Assembly (NCBI GenBank): GCA_030639305.1
Contig: DAOWCY010000002.1
Location: 14,974-78,973, forward strand
Direction of reading: 5' to 3'
DNA length: 64,000 nucleotides
Source: Candidatus Aminicenantes bacterium
GTDB lineage: Bacteria > Acidobacteriota > Aminicenantia > UBA2199
Position 1 is the first letter of the stretch, and each line of letters begins with the position of its first letter. The notes under the pieces are model-generated. The model saw nothing but the letters and a program-made list of their open reading frames with translations. It did not search any database and had not been told where the DNA came from. The position numbers were made by a program, and so were the translations under genes. This document shows, piece by piece, positions 63,838 through 64,000 of the stretch.

Positions 63838-63945
63838 TTGCCTCCGGCGGCCCCACGCGCGTGGGGTGGCGTTAAGCCGCTGCGCGGCAGGTCCCTGCCG
63901 GGGGCCAAACTTTTGAAAAAGTTTGAACAAAACTTTTGATTAAGC
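63838..63945 (+). repeat. Long family-A element (reference copy, about 105 bp)
   Basis: TTGCCTCCGGCGGCCCCACGCGCGTGGGGTGGCGTTAAGCCGCTGCGCGGCAGGTCCCTGCCGGGGGCCAAACTTTTGAAAAAGTTTGAACAAAACTTTTG. It has four consecutive perfect or near-perfect hairpins and is the reverse complement of 23966-24071. Confidence 0.9.
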
Positions 63946-64000
63946 AGTTTTTTTTGCCTGCCCCCTTTCCTTCCCCTCAACAAAAGTTTTTTGGGGGGTT

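Noticed and set aside
1-64000. Transposase, integrase or other autonomous mobile-element genes that could explain the repeats.
   Set aside because: No ORF in the window has DDE, HUH-Y1 or tyrosine-recombinase signatures. The repeat family therefore appears non-autonomous within this window. A trans-acting enzyme, if any, must be encoded elsewhere.

Overview
This 64 kb window is a gene-dense bacterial chromosomal segment of about 50% GC with no rRNA, tRNA, transposase or phage structural genes. The organism appears rich in secreted TPR, FG-GAP/ASPIC and multiheme proteins and may be Planctomycetota- or Omnitrophota-like, but that is not provable from the sequence. One part of the window holds housekeeping genes: the tail of a 2-oxoacid dehydrogenase E2, lpdA, a lipoyl/octanoyl transferase, the conserved ffh-rpsP-KH-rimM-trmD block, trpB2, a sirtuin, ispG, hsp20, cutA and a formimidoyltransferase-cyclodeaminase. 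The rest is clearly accessory. It includes a VapB/VapC-like pair directly upstream of a 954-aa TIR-NB-ARC-TPR STAND protein and a complete MNT/HepT pair. A second MNT is followed by a degraded partner. An Eco57I-like Type IIG restriction-modification pair consists of a 1004-aa nuclease-methyltransferase fusion and a 539-aa methyltransferase. A surface-protein cluster contains three FG-GAP/ASPIC (CRTAC1-like) proteins, two tandem paralogous secreted proteins with a C-terminal Peptidase_S74 intramolecular-chaperone domain, TPR proteins and a sulfatase-like/TPR fusion. There is also a 10-heme cytochrome c fused to a YVTN beta-propeller and a di-heme peroxidase-like domain. Two LivK-like binding proteins and a GntR-ABC operon with duplicated permeases complete the set. 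The most striking feature is a very abundant, modular, hairpin-rich family of MITE/REP-like repeats. It occupies almost every intergenic region (more than 20 copies) and reaches into coding sequence, supplying the C-terminal tail of TrmD, an internal segment and the signal-peptide region of a binding protein, and apparent N- and C-terminal extensions of other genes. Many small ORFs in the supplied track lie wholly inside these repeats and are judged spurious.
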